This document shows, piece by piece, positions 20,313 to 30,417 of a DNA stretch of 62,569 nt. This DNA comes from an uncultured Alphaproteobacteria bacterium (GTDB lineage Bacteria; Pseudomonadota; Alphaproteobacteria; HIMB59; GCA-002718135): assembly GCA_902530685.1 (NCBI GenBank), contig CACAAZ010000004.1, positions 1-62,569 of the forward strand, written 5' to 3'. Each line of letters begins with the position of its first letter. Within the stretch, counting starts at the first letter, position 1. Made by a program: the position numbers and the translations under genes. The notes beneath the pieces were generated by a model. The model made no database searches and was not told the DNA's origin. It saw only the letters and a program-made list of their open reading frames with translations.

Positions 20313-21538
20313 AATCTATTTGGTGAGTAAGCTTCAATGTTAATATTAGGAGTCTTATCATTTGATATTGTACTTACTATTTTTCCCGTTATTGCACCTA
20401 GAGTCCAACCTATGTGTTGATGACCGAAAGCATAGATAATATTTTTATTTTTAGATGACGCACCAATAATAGGTAAAGAATCCGGCAGTGTTGGTCTTCT
20501 ACCCATCCATGTTGATTTTATTTCTCCTAGTTGGGGTAAGACTTTTCTGGATTGCCGTTCAATCATTTTAATTCTTTTTAAATTAGGTTTCTTATTTATA
20601 CTTGCTATTTCTACTGTGCCTGCTGCTCTTACTCCATTATGAATTTGAATTAGGTAAAAACCTGACTCGGACCATGCAACAGGTCTTTTAATTAGTTTTT
20701 CATTAGTATTAAAAAGGATATGATATCCTCTCTCTGTATCAAGAGGGAAGTTTTCTCCAAGCATATTAGCAATTTGATTAGACCAAGCTCCTGCACAGAT
20801 AATAATTTTATCAAAATTAATTTTTTTGTTTTCTAAAGATAAATGTATACTATTTTCTTTCTGAATAAGATTAGTTACATTTTGCTTTATGTAGATGCCA
20901 CCTAATTCTAGAAACTTATCAAAAATTTTTATGCTTATTGCTAAAGGATTTGTTGTATGTCTTGATCCAGTAAATAATTGACCTGCATAATAAACATCGG
21001 CAATATTTGGCTCTAATTCTTTAACTTCCTCTTTGCTTAAATTTCTTACCTTAACTCTATTTTTTTTTCTAATGATATTGGCATATTCGTAATCGTGTAA
21101 CGATTTTTTGGTATCAAATAAATATAGATTTTCTTCATGGCTAATATACTCTTGAACATTTACTTCTTTAAATATTTCGTCATAAGATATGTGAGAATGT
21201 TTTAATAAGTTTGTGAGTGAACTAGCTATTTCATCAACTTTTTCTTGTTTACAATTTTTTAAGAAACTTAATGCCCAGGGTAAATTTTTAAGAATATAAA
21301 AAAAATCTACTGTCAGAGGCCCATCTTTTTTTAGAAGCATTTTAGGCACATCCCAAATTAATCCAGGATAGTTCACAGGTACATTAGCATAATCAGCAAA
21401 ACTACATGCATGACCAAAGCTTGTCATCGTGCCAGGGTCTTCTCTATCAATAAGAGTTACATTAAATCCAGATTTTTTTAAAAAATAAGCACTACAAATT
21501 CCAACAATTCCTGCACCAACAACAGCAATACTTTTCAC
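20309..21538 (-). CDS. DadA-family FAD-dependent D-amino-acid dehydrogenase/oxidase
   Basis: VVGAGIVG, TSFGHA, AGAWS, PLDTERGYH, WMGRRPTLPDSLPIIG, AFGHQHIGWTLG; GTG start 4 nt after the potC stop. Confidence 0.88.
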   Translation of the reverse strand: MKSIAVVGAGIVGICSAYFLKKSGFNVTLIDREDPGTMTSFGHACSFADYANVPVNYPGLIWDVPKMLLKKDGPLTVDFFYILKNLPWALSFLKNCKQEKVDEIASSLTNLLKHSHISYDEIFKEVNVQEYISHEENLYLFDTKKSLHDYEYANIIRKKNRVKVRNLSKEEVKELEPNIADVYYAGQLFTGSRHTTNPLAISIKIFDKFLELGGIYIKQNVTNLIQKENSIHLSLENKKINFDKIIICAGAWSNQIANMLGENFPLDTERGYHILFNTNEKLIKRPVAWSESGFYLIQIHNGVRAAGTVEIASINKKPNLKRIKMIERQSRKVLPQLGEIKSTWMGRRPTLPDSLPIIGASSKNKNIIYAFGHQHIGWTLGAITGKIVSTISNDKTPNINIEAYSPNRF

Positions 21539-21542
21539 AAAT

Positions 21543-22439
21543 TTATCGAGATTTAATACCTCGAAGTCTCTCAGATCTTCTTCTCAATAGCTCAACAGTT
21601 GTCAATAAAATAATGGAAAGTACGACTAAACAAGTTGCCATACATAAGATGACGGGGCTAATTTCTTGACGTATTCCAGCCCACATTTGTTTTGGTATTG
21701 TAAGCTGATCGATACTTGCCATAAACATTACAATTACAACTTCATCAAATGAAGTAATAAAGGCAAATAAAGCACCAGATATAATTCCTGGTAAAATTAA
21801 TGGCATAATAACTTTAAAAAATGTTCTTAATGGTTTTGCGCCTAAGCTTTGAGAGGCTTTAACCATATTCATATCAAAACCAACTAATGTTGCTGTTACT
21901 GTGATTACAACAAAAGGTGTGGCAAGTGCAACATGGGCCAAAATTACACCAGTAAACGTATAAACAAGATTTATTCTAGCATAAAAAAAGAACATTCCAG
22001 CTGCAGTTATGATTAGAGGGACAATCATAGGTGAAATAAGGATCGACATTATCAAAGCTTTATAAGGCATGTGAGGTCTACTTAATCCAAGAGCTGCCAT
22101 TGTTCCTAGTCCTGTTGCAATAGCAGTGGCTATTATTCCTATATAGAAACTATTTACTGTTCCTACCATCCATTTTGTTGAACAAGGTACAGTAGTTGAA
22201 ACAACATCAGCACTGCAATCACCAATCATATTTCTATACCATCTCGTCGACCAAGCTTCTGGTTCAGGTGGCCATGCTAACATACCTTCTGTAAATACCA
22301 TGAATGGTGAAACACTAAATGATATAGGAACAATAGCAAAGAGTGGAGCTACTAAGAAAAAAAATACGAAAGCACAAAAAAATAAATACGCATAATAGTA
22401 TGTTCTTTGTATTGGTGTTGCGTAACTTGGAAGTGCCAT
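21543..22439 (-). CDS. potC: PotC-like ABC transporter permease
   Basis: ISPMIVPLII, ASQSLGA EAA-loop variant, FITSFDEVV. Confidence 0.85.
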   Translation of the reverse strand: MALPSYATPIQRTYYYAYLFFCAFVFFFLVAPLFAIVPISFSVSPFMVFTEGMLAWPPEPEAWSTRWYRNMIGDCSADVVSTTVPCSTKWMVGTVNSFYIGIIATAIATGLGTMAALGLSRPHMPYKALIMSILISPMIVPLIITAAGMFFFYARINLVYTFTGVILAHVALATPFVVITVTATLVGFDMNMVKASQSLGAKPLRTFFKVIMPLILPGIISGALFAFITSFDEVVIVMFMASIDQLTIPKQMWAGIRQEISPVILCMATCLVVLSIILLTTVELLRRRSERLRGIKSR

Positions 22440-22441
22440 TT

Positions 22442-23707
22442 TTATCCTAGTTTAATATTATCTATACCTACTATTTTATTATATAACCAATAAAAAATAA
22501 GCATGAAACCTAAAAGTATTGCTCCAAGTGCAGCTGTTAAGCCCCAATTAAGAGTTGTCTTTAGATGATATGCAATCCAACTGCCTATCAACTTACCATC
22601 TTTTCCTCCTACTAGCTCAGGAGTAATAAAATAACCTATAGCTAAAACAAAAACGAGCAGTCCCCCTGCACTCATTCCAGGAATAGTTTGAGGTAAATAA
22701 ACTTTCCAAAATGCCATTGCTGGTTTAGCCCCTAAATTTTGAGCAGCTCTCATGTGACTTTTAGGAATGACTCTCATAACACTGTATAAAGGCAATATCA
22801 TAAAAGGTAACAATATCTGTGTCATAGCGATTAGAGTACCTGTTTCATTATAAACCATTGAAAGCCTTCCTTCCTCACTAATAATACCTAACCAAACCAA
22901 AACTCCATTTATGACTCCATTCTGTTGGAGCATTACGATCCAAGCAGTTGTTCTAACTAAAAGTGATGTCCAGAAAGGAAGTAAAACAAAGATCATTAGT
23001 AGGTTGCTATACCTTAGAGGTAGATTTGCGAGGAGATGAGCAACTGGAAAACCTAAAATTAAACAAAAAGCTGTAACATAAACACTTACTTTTAAAGTTT
23101 TAATCCAAGTCTGTACGTAAACTCTTCTATTTTCTTCTTGCTGTACAACGTTAAGATTTTCATCAAATGTTCTATCAATAGCATTCCAATAATATATTGA
23201 TGTTGTATTATTAATCATTTGACCCATTGCATACCAATATGTTGGGTCTGCCCATTTTTCATTAGTTTCGATTAAAAACTCTTTGTAGTTATCTGGAAGC
23301 TCATCTTTTTTTACAGCTTTCTTAATTGCTCTTGATGTTTTTTTTATCAAACTTTTCCAACCAGATTTAGAGTAGTTCATTCTAGTTAATGCTCTACCAA
23401 CCTTAACTTTATCGCCAGATGCAAGTTCTTGAAACAAGGCTTTATAGACTTCCTCAGGTGGTAACTCGTCTTTTGATTTGTCCCATTTTCTATATTCCTC
23501 GAATGTTTTTGGGAATACTGTGTTTATCTGGCTATCATCCACACTACGAAGAAGCATATCTCCAATAGGCATGACAAAAGTTACAATTATAAAAAGCAAA
23601 AGGGGAAATACTAATAAGAATGCTCTTATTTTATTTCTTCGCTCAGCTTTTTTTAAACTTTGCTTTAGCGGTACTCCATCAGTAGTTAATAGTTCTGCTG
23701 TAGAAAT
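22442..23707 (-). CDS. potB: PotB-like ABC transporter permease; probable non-canonical ATT start at 23707 (the ORF track starts at TTG 23599)
   Basis: LLPFWTSLLVRTTAW, LPFMILPLYSVM, AAQNLGA; the frame is open for 36 more codons up to ATT, which is preceded by AGGAGG-TTTT. Confidence 0.85.
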   Translation of the reverse strand: MSTAELLTTDGVPLKQSLKKAERRNKIRAFLLVFPLLLFIIVTFVMPIGDMLLRSVDDSQINTVFPKTFEEYRKWDKSKDELPPEEVYKALFQELASGDKVKVGRALTRMNYSKSGWKSLIKKTSRAIKKAVKKDELPDNYKEFLIETNEKWADPTYWYAMGQMINNTTSIYYWNAIDRTFDENLNVVQQEENRRVYVQTWIKTLKVSVYVTAFCLILGFPVAHLLANLPLRYSNLLMIFVLLPFWTSLLVRTTAWIVMLQQNGVINGVLVWLGIISEEGRLSMVYNETGTLIAMTQILLPFMILPLYSVMRVIPKSHMRAAQNLGAKPAMAFWKVYLPQTIPGMSAGGLLVFVLAIGYFITPELVGGKDGKLIGSWIAYHLKTTLNWGLTAALGAILLGFMLIFYWLYNKIVGIDNIKLG

Positions 23708-23717
23708 AAAACCTCCT

Positions 23718-23750
23718 AAAATAAAAAGGCGAGATAAATCTCGCCTTTAA
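23718..23750 (-). terminator. intrinsic terminator/attenuator between potD and potB
   Basis: (-) strand AAAGGCGAGA-TTTA-TCTCGCCTTT followed by TTATTTT. Confidence 0.8.
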
Positions 23751-23779
23751 ATTAAATTATTGTTTTTAATTTATCAAGC

Positions 23780-24883
23780 TTAGTTACCCATCCAAGCTGA
23801 ATAACGTTCATTAATTTCTGCACCGTAGTCTGACCACCATTGTGGATCACTCACGATTGAAACTTTTAAACGCTCTGGCGTGTTAGGCATATGAGGCATA
23901 ATATCTACACCGCCAGGACCCCAAGGCTCATTTGCTTCGATAATTGGAATACCTGATGCTCTCATAGGTCCATAAGTAATGTATTTAGCTTGTTCAGCTT
24001 GTGCTTCAGGAGTTGAAGCATGGAACATAAAGTCAATTGCTGCATCTCTATTAGGAGCTCCAGACATTAGACATAAATATTCTTGGTCTAGTACTTGACC
24101 TTCCCAAATATATTCAAAGTTTGCACCTTCTGCTAAGTTAGCTGCACCTACACGACCGTTATACGCAATAGACATAATAACCTCTCCACTTTTAACAAGT
24201 TCAAGTGGTTGTGCACCTGCTGACCAGAATACAACATCATCTTTAATTGTATCTAGTTTTGCAAAGGCTCTATCAATCGCACCTGTTTGATTAGCTAAAA
24301 CTGTTGGTACTGCGCTTGGCTTTACACCATCTGCTACCATCGCTTTTTCAATTATACCAGTCGCCCACGTATGGACACCTCTTTTACCTGGGAATTTTTC
24401 CACATCAAAGAAGTCAGCAATTGTTGATGGTTTTTCACCTGGGAATGCATCTGGATCAAAGAACACAACATAAGTCCAGAAAATTTGCGGAACACAACAA
24501 TCCCAACCTGAGTGATACTCAAGTCCGTTGTTTTCCATATCTTCTGCCATTGACTCACCGTCAGGACCCGGAGCAGCACCTGCTGCAATTTCTGCTGAAA
24601 TGTCTTCGAAAAGACCTTCATCACAACCTGTGATTGCATCAGACGGTAATGCATCAACTAGATCCCAAGTTACACTTCCACTTTCTACTTGAGCTCTTAC
24701 TTCACCTAAACCTCCGTTGTAGTTTTCAAAGACAATTGAGCTAGGATCAGAATATGTATTAGCATAAGCTTTTTGTTGACTTTCTGTATAAGCACCACCC
24801 CATGATGCAACCGTTACAGCGCTAGCTGCAAAAGGAGCAAAGACAAGTGACACAAATAAGAAGGCTTTTAAAAATTTAGACAT
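23780..24883 (-). CDS. potD: PotD-like ABC solute-binding protein (polyamine or osmolyte)
   Basis: Signal peptide, VTVASWGGAYTESQ, VTWDLVD, DFFDVEKFPGKRG, AYNGRV; AGGAGG SD. Confidence 0.85.
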   Translation of the reverse strand: MSKFLKAFLFVSLVFAPFAASAVTVASWGGAYTESQQKAYANTYSDPSSIVFENYNGGLGEVRAQVESGSVTWDLVDALPSDAITGCDEGLFEDISAEIAAGAAPGPDGESMAEDMENNGLEYHSGWDCCVPQIFWTYVVFFDPDAFPGEKPSTIADFFDVEKFPGKRGVHTWATGIIEKAMVADGVKPSAVPTVLANQTGAIDRAFAKLDTIKDDVVFWSAGAQPLELVKSGEVIMSIAYNGRVGAANLAEGANFEYIWEGQVLDQEYLCLMSGAPNRDAAIDFMFHASTPEAQAEQAKYITYGPMRASGIPIIEANEPWGPGGVDIMPHMPNTPERLKVSIVSDPQWWSDYGAEINERYSAWMGN

Positions 24884-25010
24884 ATATATCCTCCTATTTT
24901 TAATTAATTAATCTTAAGATTATGTCCGTAATATTTATTGTAATAACATGTTGAAACTTGAAAAAAAAGGGCAAATAACGATAAATTTCTGTAAATTGGT
25001 GTTTGTTTAA

Positions 25011-26096
25011 CTAAATATCCAAAGCTCTTACATCATCAGGATTCCAGCTTAAATTAAGCTTATCTCCCTCTTTGTGACTGAAGCTTCCTTCATTTGGAAC
25101 CTTAACAATAAATTCATTATTTCCACACACATCAAGTCTTGCTCTAATATGATCACCTAAGTAAATTAATTCTTCGATTGTTCCTGAAAAATTGTTTGCT
25201 TCTGATTTTGTGCTATCTATAATAACTCGCTCTGGTCTAATTGAAAGCTGAGTTTTATCTCCAACATTATCAACATTAATCTTCAAAGCTTTAACTGAAC
25301 CATACCCTGATTCTAGATCAACGGTACAAACATTTCCATTAATTTCTTTTACAACTCCATTGAGAGTATTATTTTCTCCAATAAACTTTGCAACAAAAGA
25401 ATTTTCTGGTTTTTCATATAAAATATCTGGTGTAGATAATTGTTGGACAACGCCATCATTAAAAACTGCAATTCTATTAGACATTGTTAATGCTTCACTT
25501 TGATCATGTGTCACATAAACAACAGTTATGCCAATTCTATCGTGAATGTGTTTTATTTCATATTGCATTTGCTCTCTTAGATTTTTATCTAATGCTCCAA
25601 GAGGCTCATCCATTAAAACCAGTCTGGGCTCAAAGACCAATGCTCTAGCTAAGGCTACTCGTTGCTGTTGTCCACCAGATAATTGTGCGGGGAAACGAGT
25701 TCCAAAATTACCTAACTCTACCATATCAAGTGCTTTTTGAACTTTCTCCTTTGTTTCAGATTTAGATATTTTTCGAACTTCAAGAGGAAAGGCTAAATTT
25801 TCTTGAACTGTCATATGTGGAAATAATGCATAATTTTGAAATACCATGCCTATTTCTCTTTCATAGGGAGGTATTTTACTTATTGGCATTGAATCTAAAT
25901 AAATTTCACCATTAGTTGGTGTTTCAAAACCAGCTAACATCATTAATGTTGTAGTTTTGCCAGAACCTGATGGGCCAAGCATAGTTACAAATTCACCCTT
26001 CGCAATATCTAAGTTTAAATTTTTAACAACTAATACCTCGCCATCATAACTCTTATCTATTTTTTTAAATTGAACGAAACTATTATCTTGCTTCAT
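25011..26096 (-). CDS. potA: PotA-like ABC transporter ATP-binding protein
   Basis: GPSGSGKTT, VFQNYALFPHM, LSGGQQQRVALARA, LMDEPLGALDKNLRE, C-terminal TOBE region. Confidence 0.9.
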   Translation of the reverse strand: MKQDNSFVQFKKIDKSYDGEVLVVKNLNLDIAKGEFVTMLGPSGSGKTTTLMMLAGFETPTNGEIYLDSMPISKIPPYEREIGMVFQNYALFPHMTVQENLAFPLEVRKISKSETKEKVQKALDMVELGNFGTRFPAQLSGGQQQRVALARALVFEPRLVLMDEPLGALDKNLREQMQYEIKHIHDRIGITVVYVTHDQSEALTMSNRIAVFNDGVVQQLSTPDILYEKPENSFVAKFIGENNTLNGVVKEINGNVCTVDLESGYGSVKALKINVDNVGDKTQLSIRPERVIIDSTKSEANNFSGTIEELIYLGDHIRARLDVCGNNEFIVKVPNEGSFSHKEGDKLNLSWNPDDVRALDI

Positions 26097-26166
26097 AACC
26101 TAGTATTTGTAAAGACACTTGAATAAAGGTCCAAAAACAAATAGTCAAAAGTTAATTTAATATAAT

Positions 26167-27045
26167 ATGTACTTTTTTGGTGTTTTATTAGCTTTAGCAG
26201 CAGGTATTTTTTTTGGAATTATAGGTCCGATGACAAAATTTTCATATAATGCTGGAGCAACTGTTGAACAAGCAATTTTTTTTCGATTTATAATAGCATC
26301 TTTAATAGTTTTGCCACTTGTCCCTTTTCAAAAAAACCTAATTAGGAATTATTACAAAAATTTTAAAAATTTTATTATTATTTCAATTGGTTCAATTCTA
26401 CTTACATCCGGTTTGCTTATTTCTTTTACCTTAATAGATGTAAGCTTAGCAGTATTAATTTTCTGCTTATATCCAGTCTATGTTTTATTATTTTCAATAT
26501 TTATTGATAAAGAGAAAATTAGACTAGTAATTAAACTTCTTTTTTTAACAACATTTATAGGTTTAATTTTTGTTTTAGGACCATCACTAAATATTCCTAA
26601 TATATATGGTATTTTATGTGCGTTTATTGCATCATTAGGATCTGCAACGATGATAATTACAAATCAAAAAATATCTAAAAAAAAAATACCTCCTATACAA
26701 ATAAATATTTTTGTAAATTTTATTAATTGTATTTTTTTTTATTTAATTTTAAGCTTATTTTTTTCTTTAACAGTTTTCGTAAAACTAAATATATTCATTC
26801 TCATATTATTACCTTCTATAAGTTATAGTATTGCACTTTTAAGTCAATTTTTTGCTATTCCAAAAATAGGTCAATCTAATACCGCATTATTTTTATACTT
26901 AGAACCTGTTGTAGGCGTGCTAGGTGCATATTATCTATTAAGGGAAAAACTTGAATTGTATCAAATTATTGGAGCTTTAGTGGTAATTATAAGTCTTTTG
27001 TTAGCTTCTATTATTAACAATAAAATTAAAAATGTAGTTTCATAA
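26167..27045 (+). CDS. DMT/EamA family transporter
   Basis: About 10 hydrophobic segments in two repeats; LYLEPVVGV..LLREKL motif. Confidence 0.85.
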   Translation: MYFFGVLLALAAGIFFGIIGPMTKFSYNAGATVEQAIFFRFIIASLIVLPLVPFQKNLIRNYYKNFKNFIIISIGSILLTSGLLISFTLIDVSLAVLIFCLYPVYVLLFSIFIDKEKIRLVIKLLFLTTFIGLIFVLGPSLNIPNIYGILCAFIASLGSATMIITNQKISKKKIPPIQINIFVNFINCIFFYLILSLFFSLTVFVKLNIFILILLPSISYSIALLSQFFAIPKIGQSNTALFLYLEPVVGVLGAYYLLREKLELYQIIGALVVIISLLLASIINNKIKNVVS

Positions 27046-28012
27046 ATTTCAACCAGTTATGTCCTAGAATTTTATAAATAGTTTTTTCACTAATTGAATT
27101 TTTTTGCAAAATATAGAATAAATTTTTTAAATCACTTGGTTGTTTAAACCAACTAGGGAGCTCTGGCCATTTTGGATTTTTATCTTTTGATTCCCCATAG
27201 TCAATTTTTTTTGTCCATTTACCATTTCTCATCCACATTACTATGTCATCAGGCCAGTTAAGACACAAGTCTGAGCCGATGCCAATATTGTCTTCTCCAA
27301 TAATGTTAATTAATTTTTTTATCATTTCACAAAAATCTTCAGGCTCACATTTACCATGATCTTTTAAGTGATAAGGATAAAGACTTAATCCAATAAAACC
27401 ATCTTTGCTAGCAAGCTTTTTTAGTATATCGTTATCTATATTTCTAATTGATTTATGAAAAAAAGATGGATTAGCGTGAGATATTGCAACTGGTTTTTCC
27501 GAAATCTCAATAGTATCTAAACAAGTTTTTTTTCCTGCGTGACTTAAATCAATAATCATTCCTAATCTGTTCATTTCTTCAATAACAGCACATCCAAATC
27601 TAGATACTCCAGAGTCTTTTGGCTCAAAACAACCTCCACCTAATGGCGTTTGATTGTTATAAGTAAGCTGCATGAAGCGTAAGCCTTCTAAAAAAAACTT
27701 TTCAACTAAAAAAATATCATTTGCAATAGGTGCAGAGTTTTGGAAACCAAAAATAATTGCAACTTTATTATTTTTTTTTGCATGTAAAATATCTTCTGTA
27801 GTTTTCGCGTGTGCAATAATGTCATGATGCTTTTTAAAAAGATGGTGCCAATAATTTATTTTTTCGAAAGACTCTTCAGTATTTTCCCAATACACTAATG
27901 TCGCATGGATTGCGGTTAATCCAGCTTGGTGGGCATTTTCAAATAATTCCCTATTCCAGTTACAATATTCTAAACCATCAATTAAAAGTATATCTTCAGT
28001 TATTTTTGACAT
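27026..28012 (-). CDS. membrane (renal) dipeptidase family, peptidase M19 / amidohydrolase superfamily
   Basis: LIDGLEYCNW, IFGFQN, MQLTYNNQ, MNRLGMIIDLSH, PVAISHANP, IGIGSD. Confidence 0.88.
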   Translation of the reverse strand: MSKITEDILLIDGLEYCNWNRELFENAHQAGLTAIHATLVYWENTEESFEKINYWHHLFKKHHDIIAHAKTTEDILHAKKNNKVAIIFGFQNSAPIANDIFLVEKFFLEGLRFMQLTYNNQTPLGGGCFEPKDSGVSRFGCAVIEEMNRLGMIIDLSHAGKKTCLDTIEISEKPVAISHANPSFFHKSIRNIDNDILKKLASKDGFIGLSLYPYHLKDHGKCEPEDFCEMIKKLINIIGEDNIGIGSDLCLNWPDDIVMWMRNGKWTKKIDYGESKDKNPKWPELPSWFKQPSDLKNLFYILQKNSISEKTIYKILGHNWLKFMKLHF

Positions 28013-28066
28013 AGATTAATACTTCTATTAATGAAAAAAATAAAATTAACTATAGATATTTAATAA

Positions 28067-29731
28067 ATGTTTCAAAAAGTAAGAGAAAACAGTAACTACA
28101 TGAAACTATCAAGAATGGGTTCGCGATATCCCTCTCGCCTTAGTTTTTCTAGAAGTATGTTAAGAAGATTAATCAACGATAGCTGGGAAATACATAAGTC
28201 AAAATTTGATTTAGATAAAGATGGTTACGGTACAGTTGTTTATGAAATTATTATTAATAAACAAACTTACTCACTTGTATGTTTCTCTACTTTTCTAGAT
28301 GATAAAGATAGAAGCGATAGAGTTATCGCTAGTAAATGGGATACAGCCTATACATTACACATAGGTAAATTATCTAATGAAGATCTTAATAGATTAAAAA
28401 GAACAATACCACTCCAAGAATCAGGTCGAAATTCTCCAAATGAATTAATTCTTAGCAGAGCAAATAAAAGTGTAAGATTGTTTCAGTATGTTGTAGATTG
28501 TCTATCAAATGGTAATCAACCAGATATTTACGAAATAAATAAAGTTGGCTATTTATTAAGAACTACTGCTGTTTATGGAAGTGGTAAATTTGGGTTATCA
28601 GATTTTACTAATACTAAAAATACAACTGTTTTTAATCAGCCATTTAGGGCAGAAATGTTATCAGTTTATTTAATTAGAGAATTCAGTATTGAATTAGTTG
28701 AACACGTTGCTAGGAAAATTGATCCAAAAAAAGCAGTAAAGTTAGACAGAAAAATTAAACAACATTTAGGTATTGGTAATTCAACAGGTTTAGGAATGGC
28801 ACCCTTTATCATCAAACATCCAAAGTTAATTAATAAATGGATGAATCAGTATATAAAGACATTACAGGAAATTTCTGAAATTAAATTAGATAATGTAGTG
28901 TTTGAAAAATATAAAAAACTTTTAGACAAAGCTCTTAATTATCTTGAAGAAGTTAACACAAATGATCAATTCCAAATAAATAAAAATAAAATAACCATTG
29001 AAGATTTAAAAAAATATATTTTCTATATTAATGACTTAGATCTTTCTAAAAGATTTAGATGGTTAGATATTTTAGACTATTGTGATTCGAATTTTAATGA
29101 TGATACTCAAGAAATTGCTAGAGTACAACTAATTGAATTGTATCCTCAAATATCAGAAGAATTAGCAGAGGATATGGCAGATGAAGAGATAATGGATATT
29201 GACGGAAATCAATCTATTGGAGATTTGAAAAAAATAATTAATGATAAATATTCTTGGATAAAAAATATCGATTTTAAAAATAAAGATAGCAATTACTTAT
29301 TTTGGTATGTTTCAGCAGCAAAATTAGAACCTAGACTAGGTGAAAGATATAATGAACAAGGAAGTGAATTGGAGCAAAAACTTGGAATTGCAAAAATGGT
29401 CAGTGATTTATTTAAAAAAATAAAAAATGTAGATGGAAATCAATTAATATGTGAATTTTTATTAATGTATCCAGAATACAGAGGAATTGTTAAGAGAATT
29501 CAATCTTTAAAGAATTATCCTTATTCAGAAGTTCAAGATAATGTTCTCGATAAAAAAACAATACCAATTGATATGTTAAGATTTAAATTATCTTTTTTTG
29601 GTGCTAATCGCTATGATCCTAAGTCGGATAGATGGTTAAGAGTAAGTTTTTTTTCTGGAGCTCCTTATTTATCAGACCTAAATAATAAAAATGTTGATGA
29701 ATGGGGTTTTGCTACAATGAATTCATATTAA
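28067..29731 (+). CDS. hypothetical protein (554 aa), function unknown
   Basis: Long ORF with enzyme-like blocks RLSFSRSMLRR, RSDRVIA, RANKSVRLF, GYLLRTTAVYGSGKFG, LGIGNSTGLGMAPF, FWYVSAAKLEPRLGER, KLSFFGA..DPKSDRW; no motif of known function recognised. Confidence 0.85.
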   Translation: MFQKVRENSNYMKLSRMGSRYPSRLSFSRSMLRRLINDSWEIHKSKFDLDKDGYGTVVYEIIINKQTYSLVCFSTFLDDKDRSDRVIASKWDTAYTLHIGKLSNEDLNRLKRTIPLQESGRNSPNELILSRANKSVRLFQYVVDCLSNGNQPDIYEINKVGYLLRTTAVYGSGKFGLSDFTNTKNTTVFNQPFRAEMLSVYLIREFSIELVEHVARKIDPKKAVKLDRKIKQHLGIGNSTGLGMAPFIIKHPKLINKWMNQYIKTLQEISEIKLDNVVFEKYKKLLDKALNYLEEVNTNDQFQINKNKITIEDLKKYIFYINDLDLSKRFRWLDILDYCDSNFNDDTQEIARVQLIELYPQISEELAEDMADEEIMDIDGNQSIGDLKKIINDKYSWIKNIDFKNKDSNYLFWYVSAAKLEPRLGERYNEQGSELEQKLGIAKMVSDLFKKIKNVDGNQLICEFLLMYPEYRGIVKRIQSLKNYPYSEVQDNVLDKKTIPIDMLRFKLSFFGANRYDPKSDRWLRVSFFSGAPYLSDLNNKNVDEWGFATMNSY

Positions 29732-29736
29732 AATCA

Positions 29737-30417
29737 GTGAGTTATTCTTACTATGAAGTCTACACCAATACACAACGAGCTTTTTCTGGATTAGGGTTCA
29801 CTTATGGATCAGATGAAGATGCTGCATTTATTACAACCTGGCTTGAAGTATTTGGTTTGGATGGGATCAAATTATTAACATTAAAAATTGAAGAGTTAGA
29901 TAACAATTTTAATCCTAGCATAGATCCATCAAAAATAAATGATGAGTTTGATTGTAAAAATAAATCTTTTTTGGTGATAGGACCAGGTTTAATTGATTAT
30001 TTAATATCAAAAATAGATAAAAGGGATGATTTAAAATTAACTTTTAAAAATTGTAATGACCCTATATTCCTTTTACCTTTACTTTACAAGTATGCCAAAA
30101 AAAATATCTATTCACAGTTTTTGTTAGATAAAAAAATTGATGCACAAATAACAAATAAAAATATTAGTATTAATAGAGATATTATCTCTACAAATTATCA
30201 AAGGAATTTTGATCTTTTACTCACAAAGAAAATTTTAAATGAACAAAGGTTAGATGTTAATATTCCATCATCAAATATTAATAATATGCTCTCTAAGGGT
30301 ATTAATCCTGATGAAAAATCTTGGAATCAAATATCTAAGATAGCTTTTAGAACTTTTGTTCCAGAGTCAGAGGAATCTAGAGCAAAAGGTGCTGGAGGTG
30401 GTGATGCAAACGATTAA
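29737..30417 (+). CDS. DUF3726-like protein
   Basis: N-terminal SYYEV..TQRAFSGLG..G.DEDAA...WLE..GLDG and C-terminal RTFVPESEESRAKGAGGGDAND match DUF3726 as I recall it; GTG at 29737 is the likelier start than ATG 29701. Confidence 0.7.
   Translation: MSYSYYEVYTNTQRAFSGLGFTYGSDEDAAFITTWLEVFGLDGIKLLTLKIEELDNNFNPSIDPSKINDEFDCKNKSFLVIGPGLIDYLISKIDKRDDLKLTFKNCNDPIFLLPLLYKYAKKNIYSQFLLDKKIDAQITNKNISINRDIISTNYQRNFDLLLTKKILNEQRLDVNIPSSNINNMLSKGINPDEKSWNQISKIAFRTFVPESEESRAKGAGGGDAND

Noticed and set aside
23599-23707. potB as a truncated or frameshifted pseudogene
   Set aside because: The frame is continuous to the SD-preceded ATT with no stop or shift, so a non-canonical start explains it better.
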